Positions 49,348-60,870 of a stretch of DNA of 64,000 nucleotides are shown here, piece after piece (the stretch's first letter is position 1; every line of letters starts with the position of its first letter). This DNA comes from Octopus bimaculoides (taxonomy: Eukaryota): the NCBI RefSeq assembly GCF_001194135.2, contig NC_068982.1, forward strand, positions 41,781,618 to 41,845,617, read 5' to 3'. The position numbers were made by a program, and so were the translations under genes. The notes beneath the pieces are model-generated. The model did no database searches. It saw only the letters and a program-made list of their open reading frames with translations, and was not told the DNA's origin.

Positions 49348-49586
49348 TTGGGAAAATTTCGAACCTGGGTTCTCATTCCTAACGATGTTACTATTATTAT
49401 GTTATTATTATTATTACTATTATTAATCAGGTCGCTGCCGTGAATTGAACTCGGAACCTTGGGGTTAGTAGCCTGCGCTCTTAACCACTACGCCATATGC
49501 GACCTGATTAATAATAGTAATAATAATAATAATATAATAATAGTAACATCGTTAGGAATGAGAACCCAGGTTCGAAATTTCCCCAA

Positions 49587-49632
49587 GACACCTGACGAAG
49601 GCTGGAGGGTATATCAGCCGAAACGTTGTGTT
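49587..49632 (+). ncRNA. minimal type I hammerhead ribozyme, core intact
   Basis: GACAC-CUGACGA-A-GGCUG(GAGGGUAUAU)CAGCC-GAAAC-GUU-GUGUU; predicted cleavage after GUU (49627); palindromic AACGUU helix III. Confidence 0.8.
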
Positions 49633-49847
49633 GACAACAAACAAGATGAGGACAAATATCCGTCAAATGTAAATAATGTAAATAATATAAATATCCTTGC
49701 TTCAAAAAATTTTTCCTCATCTACCTATTGTAGCTTTTAGACACAATAAAAATGTAAGACAAATCTTATCCAGTACTTTTAACCATAACCAAAGCCCCAT
49801 TGGAGTTTCTGAATGCTGTTCTGCAAAAAATAGTTGCAAGAAAGGTA

Positions 49848-50233
49848 TTGTTGTTGGCACTCCGTCGCTTACGACGTCGAGGGTTCCAGTTGATCCGATC
49901 AACGGAACAGCCTGCTCATGAAATTAATGCGCAAGTGGCTGAGCAATCCACAGACACGTGTACCCTTAATGTAGTTCTTGGGGATATTCAGCGTGACACA
50001 GTGTGACAAGGCTGGCCCTTTGAAATACAGGTACAACAGAAACAGGAAGAAAGAGTGAGAGAAAGTTGTGGTGAAAGAGTACAGCAGGGTTCGCCACCAT
50101 CCCCTGCTGGAGCTTCGTGGAACTTTAGGTGTTTTCACTCAATAAACACTCACAGCGCCCGGTCTGGGAATCGAAACCGCGATCCCATGACTGCAAGTCC
50201 GCTGCTCTAACCACTGGGCCATTGCGCCTCCAC
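49848..50233 (-). mobile_element. full-length tRNA SINE (family C) with 13-bp TSD
   Basis: TSD TGCAAGAAAGGTA at 49835-49847 and 50234-50246; head GGCGCAATGGCCCAGTGG..GGTTTCGATTCC; (CAA)n tail. Confidence 0.88.
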
Positions 50234-53200
50234 TGCAAGAAAGGTAAGCACTGTTCATTGTGCAATAACATGTGTCAGGGTAGCTCCATCATAAATTCTA
50301 GCAGAAATGTTATGATTTATCCAGAAGGTGGGATCTTTAATAATGATTCCCATTTGGTGTATGTTGCTGAATGCACCAAACACAGCTTGATTTATGTTCA
50401 TTGCACAACAGAACAATTAAGCAAAAGATTTAATGGGTATAGGTAGGATGTCAGGCACAATAACACAACTTCAGAACTTGCTGAGCACTTTTCATCAAAG
50501 GTGAAAGCATGGCTGTGTGGTAAGAAGTTTGCTTCCCAACCACATGATTCTGGGTTCAGTTCCATTATGTGGCACTTTGGGCAAGTGCCTTCTACTATAG
50601 CCTCGGGCCAATCAAAGCCTTGTGAGTCGATTTGGGAGATGGAAACAGAAAGAAGCCCATCATTTTTATATATATATANNNNNNNNNNNNNNNNNNNNNN
50701 NNNNNNNNNNNNNNNNNNNNNNNNNNNNNNNNNNNNNNNNNNNNNNNNNNNNNNNNNNNNNNNNNTATATATATGTATATATCTATGTGTGTGAGTCTTT
50801 GTGTCTGTGTTTGTCCCCCACCTCAATGCTTAACAACCGGTGTTGGTGTGTTTATGTCCCGTAACTTAGCAGTTCAGCAAAAGAGACTGATAAAATAAGT
50901 TCTAGGCTCAAGAAATAAGTCCTGGTGTTGATTTGTCTGACTAAAATCCTTCGAGGCAGTGCTCCAGCATGGCCACAGTCAAATAACTGAAGCAAGTAAA
51001 TTGGAAGAATACCTGAAAGTACACATTCTCAGAAAATATTTTGATTCCACTGAACTTTCAGTCCTCAAAACACATGAAGGTAAACATATTTGTGAGTTAT
51101 TAGCATCACATTCTAGAAGGATGAACTAAATAATAAGAATTCTATCAGATTTATACAAAACTTTTTGGCTAAGCATTCTCATTCCTCTTTTCTTTTTTCT
51201 ATACTTTTCTTATTTTAACTATTAGGTTGTCTGGAAAGTTCTGAGCATTTTTTAATATGCAAAAAGGGATATAAATAATTGACCTTACAATAAATGTTAT
51301 TCAATGAAATAATTTCCATTATTAATGGTATTTGAAAATCTTATTGGGTTATTCATGAGGTGTAACAAGGACAAGTTAGCTTAGCAGAGTTTATGCTTCT
51401 TCAGATTTTTGTCAAGTGAAGTGAAATATATTGCTGGGGCCTCTTCACTCTCACTTTTACTGATATAGTTGTTATGGAATCTGCTTACCTTCATCTTATT
51501 CGAGATGTTTCACTGATCATTCAGAACCCAACTATTCATGCTTTATTTCTCTATTTGTATTATATACTGAATAATAAATTACATGCTGTGCTTCTTTCCA
51601 AAAATCAGCACCGAATGGAAAAATCTCATCTCTCTGCATCTTATGTTACATTACACTACATCAATGCTCAATTCATTAAACCCTCATTAAGCACATTAAT
51701 TTCACTTGTTCTTTCAAATGTTCTAATCTAAGAACACTTAACTGTTCTGACATCTATATCACAACAAACAGAAAAAAAAAAGCCCCTGAAAAAGTATGAA
51801 TTAAAGCATTCAGCAGAATAAAAATATATAGAAACAGGAAACATTCTCTATCATTATTCCACTGCTTTCATTTTGTCATTACCAGAAATGTATATTAGCT
51901 CTTCTAGAACACGACAAATTTATCCTGATGGTATAACATTTTTGAGTTCCAGAGTGTGTTATGTTGCTGTAGAGGATAATGTGGCTTGCTTGATGTTGTA
52001 TTAATGATTTTATAGGGACAAATTAAATGATGAAATTTAAAGCAATAAATTACAATGTATGTGTGTGTGCATGAGTGTGTTTATGTGGCTGTGTATTGCA
52101 CATTCACAAAAAGCAACAACTCAAAGACCTTAAGATTTCTTGTTGTAATTGAATACAAATATAGAAGTATCATGTTTATAACCACGTGATTGAAAGCCCC
52201 GACCTTATTGTTTATTTGATTATGTTTGAATCCTGTAAAATGCCATAGTGTGTTATTCCTTAAAGTAAAGTAAATATCGTTTTTCCGACAATAAGATTAA
52301 TTATATAGCTCTGCCTGATTAAGTGTTGGGAATTAAATCAGTCTTCTGAAAATATCTCATAAAAATAACATTTTTAAACATTTTATTTTTCTCTGTTTTA
52401 TAGCAGAATTTAACAAGCATTATAGAGTATCCTTATCTTTTAATCCAGTCTGTTGTCATGTGAGGTTTTGAGTGACAGTAAATAAATTCTATCAATAATA
52501 ATAATGATGAATATGATTACATGGATACAATACCAGTTGTTGAAAGGGGTCTACTATATCTGTGCATAGGAATTATATGCAATTATGAGTTTGATTCTTT
52601 CTAAAGCAGGATTGGAAAAGGAATATCTAGGAATTGTGCATTCTATAGGTCTTTCATGAACCCTAGGACTCATAACCTGGTTTCTATGGGGTATAAGTAA
52701 CTAAGGTGACAACATTTACTCCTGAACAGGACACAAGTCTGTTGCAGGTTTAACTTCCCAGTTATTGCTGGAACTCATTTTACAGCTGAGTGGACTGGAG
52801 AAACATGAAATGAAGTGTTCTGCTCAAGAACACAATGCACTCCCTGGTCAAGGAATTGAAACCATTATCTTACAATTGTGAGTGCAACACCTTAACCACT
52901 AGGCTATATGTCTTCATTGTGCACACTTTAACTTGAGTTTCAGCTTGAAAGTCTCCACAGTAAAACTATGTCTATACTGTATGATTGCTGCTTAGCCCCA
53001 GGTCAACTCTGATCAAGCAAACCTATGATCAAAGGCTTTATAACCATAACCATCTCATCTTTTCAGACTTGAATACTCCCTGACTTGATTTTTAAGGATT
53101 TGAGAGAAATTTCATTGCTATTCTAGCAATAGTATATAGGCCAATGTGGTGTAAAGGTCCTCATTAATTTGTGTGCTGTGGTCTATAGTTAATTTTTTAT

Positions 53201-53540
53201 CTGGTTGAATACAATTTTGGTTTTAGGTGAAGATTGATGTGTAAAGAATATATTAGTTTAATCTGAGTATGGGCAACCTTTTTAGAGAAGCAGGCCACGT
53301 AAGACATGGCTTTCATCAGGTAGGCTGCACTACTAAAAAATTCAAAGTAATTTTTTTGTTAGGCATACCTTTCAGAAATTCTCTTGGCTGCTGTTTTCCT
53401 TGACTTATTTGACTTAAGCTAATTGGTAAGGAACTTGTTCTATCCTTAAAGTAGTTAAAGTAGTTATTTCCTGGTCAGGGAATATAAACATCTTAGGGGA
53501 AAGAATGAGAAGAGCTGTATTCTTCAATATTTACTGTCCG

Positions 53541-53819
53541 TGACCCTTTAGTTACTATATTTCTGTTGAAATATACTGTCTTTGTTTCAATTAATTTCAA
53601 TTAATAATGAAGAATTTAGTAAAATAAGCAAATTAGCTAGTTAGAAAATCTCCATGAGATGAAAGCAGTAAAATAATTTTATAGTTATTGAGCTGATGTT
53701 TGGAACATAAATCAACATGAAATTTTGATGAAAGCTTTTTATTTAAATCACTTTAAAATGTAAAGTTTGTATAATAGAATCAGTGGTGTTCACAGTTGGG
53801 TTGATGTTAGAAGGGTTAA
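53541..53819. mobile_element. piggyBac-type MITE family 2
   Basis: GACCCTTT...AAGGGTTAA with the family-2 body and an internal insertion. Confidence 0.6.
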
Positions 53820-54599
53820 GCATTTACTGTCAAAACCCTAGATTCAGTCCCACTGTATGGTGCCTCGGGCAAATGTCTTCTACTATAGCCTCGGGCGAAC
53901 TAAATCCTTGTGAGTAGATTTGGTAGATGAAAACTGAAAGACATCTGTCATGTGTGTGTGTGTGTGTGTGTACCTTTGTTCCTTTGTGTCCCCCACCACT
54001 GCTTGACAACCAGTATTGGTTTGTTTATGTCTCTGTAACTTAATGGTTCAGCAAAAGAAGCCAGTATGATATGTACCAAGTTTAAAAATTTTTAAAGTAC
54101 TGGCATTGATTTGTTAAAATTCTTCAAGGAAGTCTAATGACTGAAAGAAATAAAAAATAATATCAAATAAGTCTGAAAAACATCATCACTATGATCCACT
54201 AAATAACAGACAAACTGTTTAATCTTCACTGAATCCTTACTTGATCAATCACTCCAGCCTTATCTCAGAAATCTCAAGCTGTGACTACATTAATTCATTG
54301 TGTATGTTCATTGAAGGTAGAGTTGAAGTCAGTTACAGATATAACAGATTCTATTGTCTAAATGATAGATTTTTATGATTTTTAAAAATTTAAATTTTTA
54401 TCTTTCTACAGTGTAGAGAAGCTCATTTCTAATTATTCAGTTTTCATCAGAGAATCTCTGAAGAGTTTACAGTTCATATTTAAAATATTTACTAAGATTT
54501 TAAATGTATTTCTTCAAACTTAATGTTTTTTAAAACATTATTTTGTCATTGAATGCATCTTATTGAAAGAAAGAAAACTTTGAACTGTTAAATACTTTC

Positions 54600-54887
54600 A
54601 ACACACAAGTTACTGGAAGTTTATAGGAATATTGTTATTTAACCAGGTCAGATTTGAGATTAACCCTTTAGCATTCAGATTACTTTTTCAAATATAGTGT
54701 TTATTTATTCATATCATTTTGAATTAACCATGCATTATCTTGTAGCTTTGAGATTTCAATGATGTGGTAATATATTTTTGAAGTGACAACGTAGGGTAGG
54801 TCTGAGAGTCCAGTTGTAGCCAGTTTGAACAGAAAATGGGTAGAATATTTGGGCCAGATATGGCTAGTTTAAATGCTTAAGGGTTAA
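54600..54887. mobile_element. piggyBac-type MITE family 1
   Basis: TTAACCCTTTAGCATT...AATGCTTAAGGGTTAA. Confidence 0.8.
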
Positions 54888-57420
54888 GCAGATCTATGAT
54901 CAAGAGTATTTCAGCTATGACCGGGGCTTCTTTTTATCTTTCAGGCATGCGATATCATCCAGTGTATCCTTCTTTCAAATGCTGCAAAGGTTGACTTTAG
55001 CTTTTATCCTTTCAGGTTTGATAAAATAAGTACCAGTTAAGCACTGGGATCAATGGAATCAACTAACTCCCACAACCCACGAAATTACTGGCTTTGTGCC
55101 AAAATGTGAAGCCATTATGATGGTAGAGTGTATTTTGAGGCAGATTCAGCTGCTATATATATGATCTAGTTAAACAATGGCCAAGACATATAGAAGAAAA
55201 CATGTTACTTAAAACGAAAGTAAGATCGATTTTATTAGGTAGTATTAATTCATGATGAATGCTCTACTATGTAGTTGATTTTGAATTTCATAACTTCTAA
55301 TTCTATATGTTGGTTTGGCAAGGAGAAATCTGTAACTCGTTAAAACATATCAGCCATTTCTCAAGTATGTGAAAATTGAGGAAACCTCAGTTTCTCAGTT
55401 TCTGAACTTGAGTAACATTCCTGCTCATGCCAGTGTGAAGATCAATTGTTTTAAGTTACATAAATGCAGTAAGCTGGCAGAATCATTAGCACACCAGCAC
55501 CAGGATCAACATTGCCTTTCATCTTTTCAATAAAATAAGTAAATGGTAAAGACACCCTTTGGTCATGAATAACCATGGGATTGTACCTAGAAAGTTATCC
55601 TTCAAAGCACAAGTCGTGGCAAGGTTGTTTATGGAAGACCAGCAATCACCCATGCATATCAGGCTCCCCTCTCCATTCCATTGATATTATCCAAGGGAAA
55701 GGCAAAGGCCGATACAGTTTGGCACCAGTGATGTTGGAGCTCATTTCTACAGCTCAGTGAACTGGAGCAATGGGAAATAATATGTCTTGCTCAAGAACAT
55801 GACACACAGCTCAGTCTGGGAATTGAACTCACTCCCTCATGACTGAGCCTGACACTCTAACCACTGAGCCATTCCAGTTGAGCAATGGGAGCAGTGTAAT
55901 CGACTAACTCTTACCTCTAAAATTTAAGGCCTTATATTTAAAGCAGAAAGTATTATAAGACACATAACAAAGTACTGACACTCAGCAACAATGAATTTAT
56001 ATTTCAGACTAAGGTTGGTGATCAACTTAACAACAATTAAAAGTTGATGGTGTAGTCAAATATATTCATTATTGATTCCAGAGCAACATGATATTTAATT
56101 GATAAAGCAACATTTAATAAAACCATGGTATTGAATTCTGAAACAATCGTTCAATTACACAAAACAAGATATTTGTCTGTGGCTCAATTGCACCTCTAGC
56201 ATTACATGAAGTTATTCATGTCACACTACACTTGAAATTAGTTCAATTCATGTCATTCATAAGATATTTATAACTGAATCTATATAACTGGTGGCTGTTT
56301 ATTGGGTCATGACATAACTTTTTCACTTGGATTGATTAAAATAAAACTACATCAATATTCGCTCAGTATCAAAACATAATTCAATTACCAAACAATTACC
56401 TGAAGTGTTCAAAGGCATTGATAAAATAAAAACTTTATGTTAAAATTATCAGTCAATCATCGTGTAAAACCGGTAATACAACCTGTGATGTGAAATTATA
56501 TTTGATGTAAAGAAACATTTAGGAGAAACTAAATATTTATTAAAACTGGATAACATTGAAAAACGTTGATGGCTATACATTATGGGATTCAGTTGGTTAT
56601 AATCATTTGGGTGTGGTCCTATGCTGAACAAATATGGCTTTTTGAAGAAGATGATATCCAAAACCTGGTTTTCATAAAATGCTGGAAAACTTTATTTGAT
56701 TATATATTGTTTTTGGTGTGACTGTGTGGTTAAGAGGCTTGCTTTTCAACCACTTGGTTCCAGGTTCAGTCTTATTGCATTGCATCTTGGACAAGTGTCT
56801 TCTATTATAATCTGGGATTGACCAAAGCCTTTGAGTGAATTTAGTAGATTAAAACTGAAAGAAGCCCATCAATAGCAATGTGAAAGTGTTGTAATGGCTA
56901 TTTAAACATTTAAAACACACATACTGTTATATTCATTTTTTAAATATATATGTATATATGTGTCTGTATGTATGTGTGCATGTCTTGATGTCCCATTATT
57001 GTTGTAAATGAGTCACTGTTATACATGCAGTGTTCTTTGGGTGTAATCTTCTATGAAAACATGTTCAGCAATGAAGAAGTATTACCTTTCTTGGAAACAG
57101 GTGAGGGCTGGCAATGGAAAGGGCTTCCAGCCATAGAAGATCTGTCTCAACAAATTCCATCTGACACTTTTGGGGTTGATAAAATAAGTACCAATTGAGC
57201 ACTGGGGTTGATATAATTGACTTAGCCTCTCCCCTGGAATTACTGGCTTTTTGCCAGAATTTGAAAACAATATTATTTAATGAAAAAGAAAAGCCTTTAC
57301 TGAGGATACTTTGTTGATGACTTAGAGCGATGTTCTATGATTGCTAATTATAGTTCATAAAAGACATCTACAGACCTGCAAGTATACTGTCACATCAACC
57401 AATAATAACAACAGAGTATG

Positions 57421-57484
57421 TTAATGAAGTCAATCATTGTTAATGAAGTCAATCATTGTTAATGAAGTCAATCATTGTTAATGA
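57421..57484. repeat. 19-bp tandem repeat, about 3.4 copies
   Basis: TTAATGAAGTCAATCATTG repeated perfectly. Confidence 0.9.
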
Positions 57485-57599
57485 TATGTTGATTTTTGTA
57501 ATTGCAAATATAATTTTTAAAATGGCCTGATCTAATGTGTTAAAAAAATCCAAAGAAAGATTTGATGACTCCAGTAATAGTAAAAGCACTGCAAATTGG

Positions 57600-58900
57600 T
57601 GCATTCAGCTGTTAGAACTTATTTGCTTATGAGTGCTTACTAAGATATCAAATACTGTTCTACTAGGAAACTTAATTATCATTCCTTTTGCATATGGAAC
57701 AAAAGGACTAGACATTGCCTATATATCTTGTGTTGGAATGGGTAAAACAAAGTAACTTCTAAAAAGTATGGTGGCCCAATACTGAGAAAGTTGTAGAGTT
57801 GAAATTTAGAAATAGTTTCATATATATATGACTTGAAATATCTGAATTGTTGAAGCCCTAAACAATGTATTTACAATGCTAGAAATTACATTTAAATTTC
57901 AAAACTCTGATAGGTGAGAGGTGCCTGAGGACTCCAGCCCCATGATCCTGTGGATGAAGAAGAGGAAGGGTTGGATTTCAAAAGTCAGCTATCCAGTGGA
58001 GTCTCAGTATTAGTGATTATTGTGTAGCATCATGATAACTGGAGATATTTATCCTGAAATCAATTGAAACTCAGAACTTAGCTAGCTGCAAAGTTTTTGT
58101 CTTTACAGTTTGAGGAATTCCAAAGAGAAATGTTTCTCACAGTGGTTCATAGTTTATAAATTGTGAGTGTGTGAGTTTAAAGAGCATTTAGATCAATGAG
58201 GAGCACAATACAAAGCTACACCCTAAATCATCATTAAGGAAATGCTCAAGAAGAAAGATTTGTTGTAATCATTGACAAAGAAATTAAATTATAATATCAA
58301 GACAGCAAATAGTGGAAGAGAGAAATTCAAAAGTTTTATTGTGCTCCAGGAACACTCCTTATTTATCAACAAAGATAGCATTATTTATGCTATTCACAAA
58401 TCACTTTTTATCTTACAAATGTACATAGTATGAAATTCCTGTAACAAACAAAAGAATGAAGTGAGATAATCATGATAATAGAGCATGAAATATTTGAAAT
58501 ATTCTGCTGATCAGAAGACCAAATACTCAAATATAGAAGTTGGTGATTATATTAACTTTGAAGATTGTCAACCCGGAAAGCAACAACCAAACTTTGATTT
58601 GACTAAGTTCTTTGTTTGTGAGAAAAAGAGCTGATTGATCTGAGTCACATCTCTAAGTGGATTAAAAATACTCATGAAGACCATATATGATGTTAATCTT
58701 ATAGCATGAGGTAAAAGTAAGACAATCTTTTAATATAGATTGTCATCAAAAGCTTAAATGTGAGCCAAAGTTTAATCACTGATGAAAGTGTCAATGAGGA
58801 TAATGAGATATTACAAGAGAATGAACCTGGTGACCAAGAATCACTTGAACAACAGCATTGTCTACAGAGACCCACAAGAATAAACAAGGGTTTATAAGCA
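57600..58900 (+). mobile_element. Ty3/Gypsy integrase remnant
   Basis: Frameshifted motifs LLGNLIIIP..DIAY..GMGKTK, KVWWPNTEKVVE, GLDFKSQLSSGVSVLVII, GNAQEERF, SRNTPYLSTK..LF, IEVGDY..PNFD (GPY/F region). Confidence 0.75.
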
Positions 58901-60249
58901 AACAGATACAGTTCTTAGTGTGACTGTAAGTTGTGGATACTGTTTAATTAACTTACAGAGTCCAAACGCTGTTGTAAGTCTTTACTATTTATACAAGGAC
59001 TTGTACTGCAACTCTTTAGTAATTCTAATATATAAAAGCTATTCTTTTAATATAATGCTTAAAGTGGAGCTGATATAAATGTACCAATCACTGAATAGTT
59101 ATATAATGTGATTGTGAGGTAAGGTGTTTGCTTCCCAAACACATGGTACTACTCCTCTAGATTGTCGCTGAGGAGTCTTCACCCTGAAAGCACTGCTTTG
59201 ACTATAGTTGTTGGACCATGTCTCTCCATAATGCTATGGAGTAGGTGGAGTACTTAACCATACTGCTTAAAATGCTCACATTGTGGTAGAGGAGTATGTA
59301 TAATGTAGTGGTAGCATGCTGACTCAGTGGAAATAGAATTAGGGTGGGGTGTATAACACATTATTCAACATCTGTGAGACAATTTTATATATTTGTACAT
59401 GTCAGCAGATAGCTAGTAAAAGACAAAGAGTGAGTGAAGCTTCCAGTAGACTGATGGGTTTGTTTGGAGCATTTTCATTTGGAGACTGGTCACACTTGCT
59501 GAAGAAGTTTCCATAGCACCAAATGAGATTAAAAGCAGGCTGACCAAAGGGGTCTCATCATTGTCTGAGTAGTTTGGGTAATTGTGAGTGAGACTTGTTA
59601 CAAATGGGAGTAGAAGATCTTTTGATATTAGACAAATTTGCATGGAATTCTGTAAATGGAGCATATATACCGTCTGTAGCAGTTAAGAGAGATCTTTAAT
59701 AATAGCAAAAATAACAAGAATAGTAAACCGTTCAAATGATGATGGATTATTATTCTATGCAATGAAAGAAGCAATCTGTATACTGCTTTTCTTACAGATA
59801 CTTACTCAACACTGGATCTGAGACATTTTGGCACTGCCTGGCTGGCATTGTGGAGTTGGCACTGACTCATTTGACATCTGATGTGTTAATGTTTCTCTCA
59901 TTCTTTCTCTTTCTGTTTATGTGTGTGAGCATCTAATTATGTTTGTATGTGTAATGTCTCTCTCTTTCCCTCTCTCTTTGCCTTCTCTCTCTTACTCTCT
60001 CTTTCCCCTTCTCTCTTTCTCCCCTCTCTCCCGCTCTCTCTTTCCCCGCTCTCTTCCTCTTTCTTTCCCCTCTCCTCCGTCCCTACCCTCTCCTTCTCTC
60101 TCTTTTTCTCCTCTCTCTCCCTTTCTCACTCATTGAATCTGTATGTATATATTTCTGCATGCATGTGTGCATATTTATCTCAAGTACTAGAAAAAATATA
60201 TATATTGTCGCCAAACTAGATTGAATATCCAGTCAGTTGTGCCAAATTG

Positions 60250-60870
60250 TCAGCATCCAAACAGTTATACCCAACCATCACATTTTGCACAACACTTTGC
60301 TGTCTTAATGTATTTTATCTAGAGAATCTTCTAGACTCTTGAAATCACCTGATTATGTTCTTCACAAAGTGTTGTGGAGCTGACATTTACAAACTGAGGC
60401 CTACTTATTCTGATACTATGTAAAATGTAAACCTGGAAATTACAAATGTCTGAGTCAAGCACAATATAACAGCAACACTGGTGATACTTTATGCTATATG
60501 AATTTCTGGTCATAACTAACTTGATCAATAATTACTATGATGCTGTCTCCTGCAAAAAATCAATCCATATATTTTCATATTTGCTGTACTGCATGTAAAA
60601 GGTTTCTTGGCAAAGATGTTCTAAAAGGTACACATTTGTTGGTATTGCTCTTTGTATAGCAATATAAACCACTTTATAATTCCCAGACAATGTTGGAATC
60701 CATTCCTAGCTACCATATTTTTTATTATAACAATTCTTTCCTTCTATAATCCTTTGATGTGATTCATAAACTATATTCAAAATTTTAATTCACAAAAAAA
60801 CTGAAGGAATTAAGTTCTACTCCCCACCAGAAGTAATCCCTTTTAATATGAAAATTCCATTTTCAAGAAG
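60250..60870 (-). mobile_element. possible second Gypsy integrase remnant
   Basis: Weak degenerate motifs LLENGIFILKG, VYESHQRII, RPQFVNV..LCEEHN; heavily decayed. Confidence 0.4.

Larger units (their letters stand above)
49214..49686 (-). mobile_element. non-coding palindromic tRNA-head + hammerhead element (palindrome P2)
   Basis: TSD ATAAATATCCTT at 49202-49213 and 49687-49698. Main arm 49214-49500 (minus) starts at the tRNA-like head; inverted partial arm 49501-49686. Same 3' terminus (AAATATAGAACTG) as P1. Confidence 0.88.
47740..51130 (+). mobile_element. old Penelope-like element (RT + GIY-YIG), fragmented by four later insertions
   Basis: RT motifs SSYIQDTF, VTMDVSSLYIN, IYLQMKEYAM..NVFMTKFE, FIDIFFVW, SHIYLHCHSYHP (47.8-48.5 kb); linker PGISKVLH..KYP|LLQKIFPHLPIVAFRHNKNVRQIL; GIY-YIG-like LVYVAECTKHSLIYVHCTTEQLSKRFNGYR..LAEHF (50.3-50.5 kb); terminal LKVHIL..EGKHICELL..RRMN*. 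Confidence 0.82.

Noticed and set aside
51410-51600. Strong minus-strand donor AAG|GTAAGC at 51488
   Set aside because: No upstream acceptor gives an open frame; treated as a chance match.
57421-57484. Short direct-repeat arrays (19-bp here, 31-bp at 473-554) as CRISPR-like loci
   Set aside because: The repeats are contiguous with no spacers, there are no cas genes, and the context is eukaryotic.
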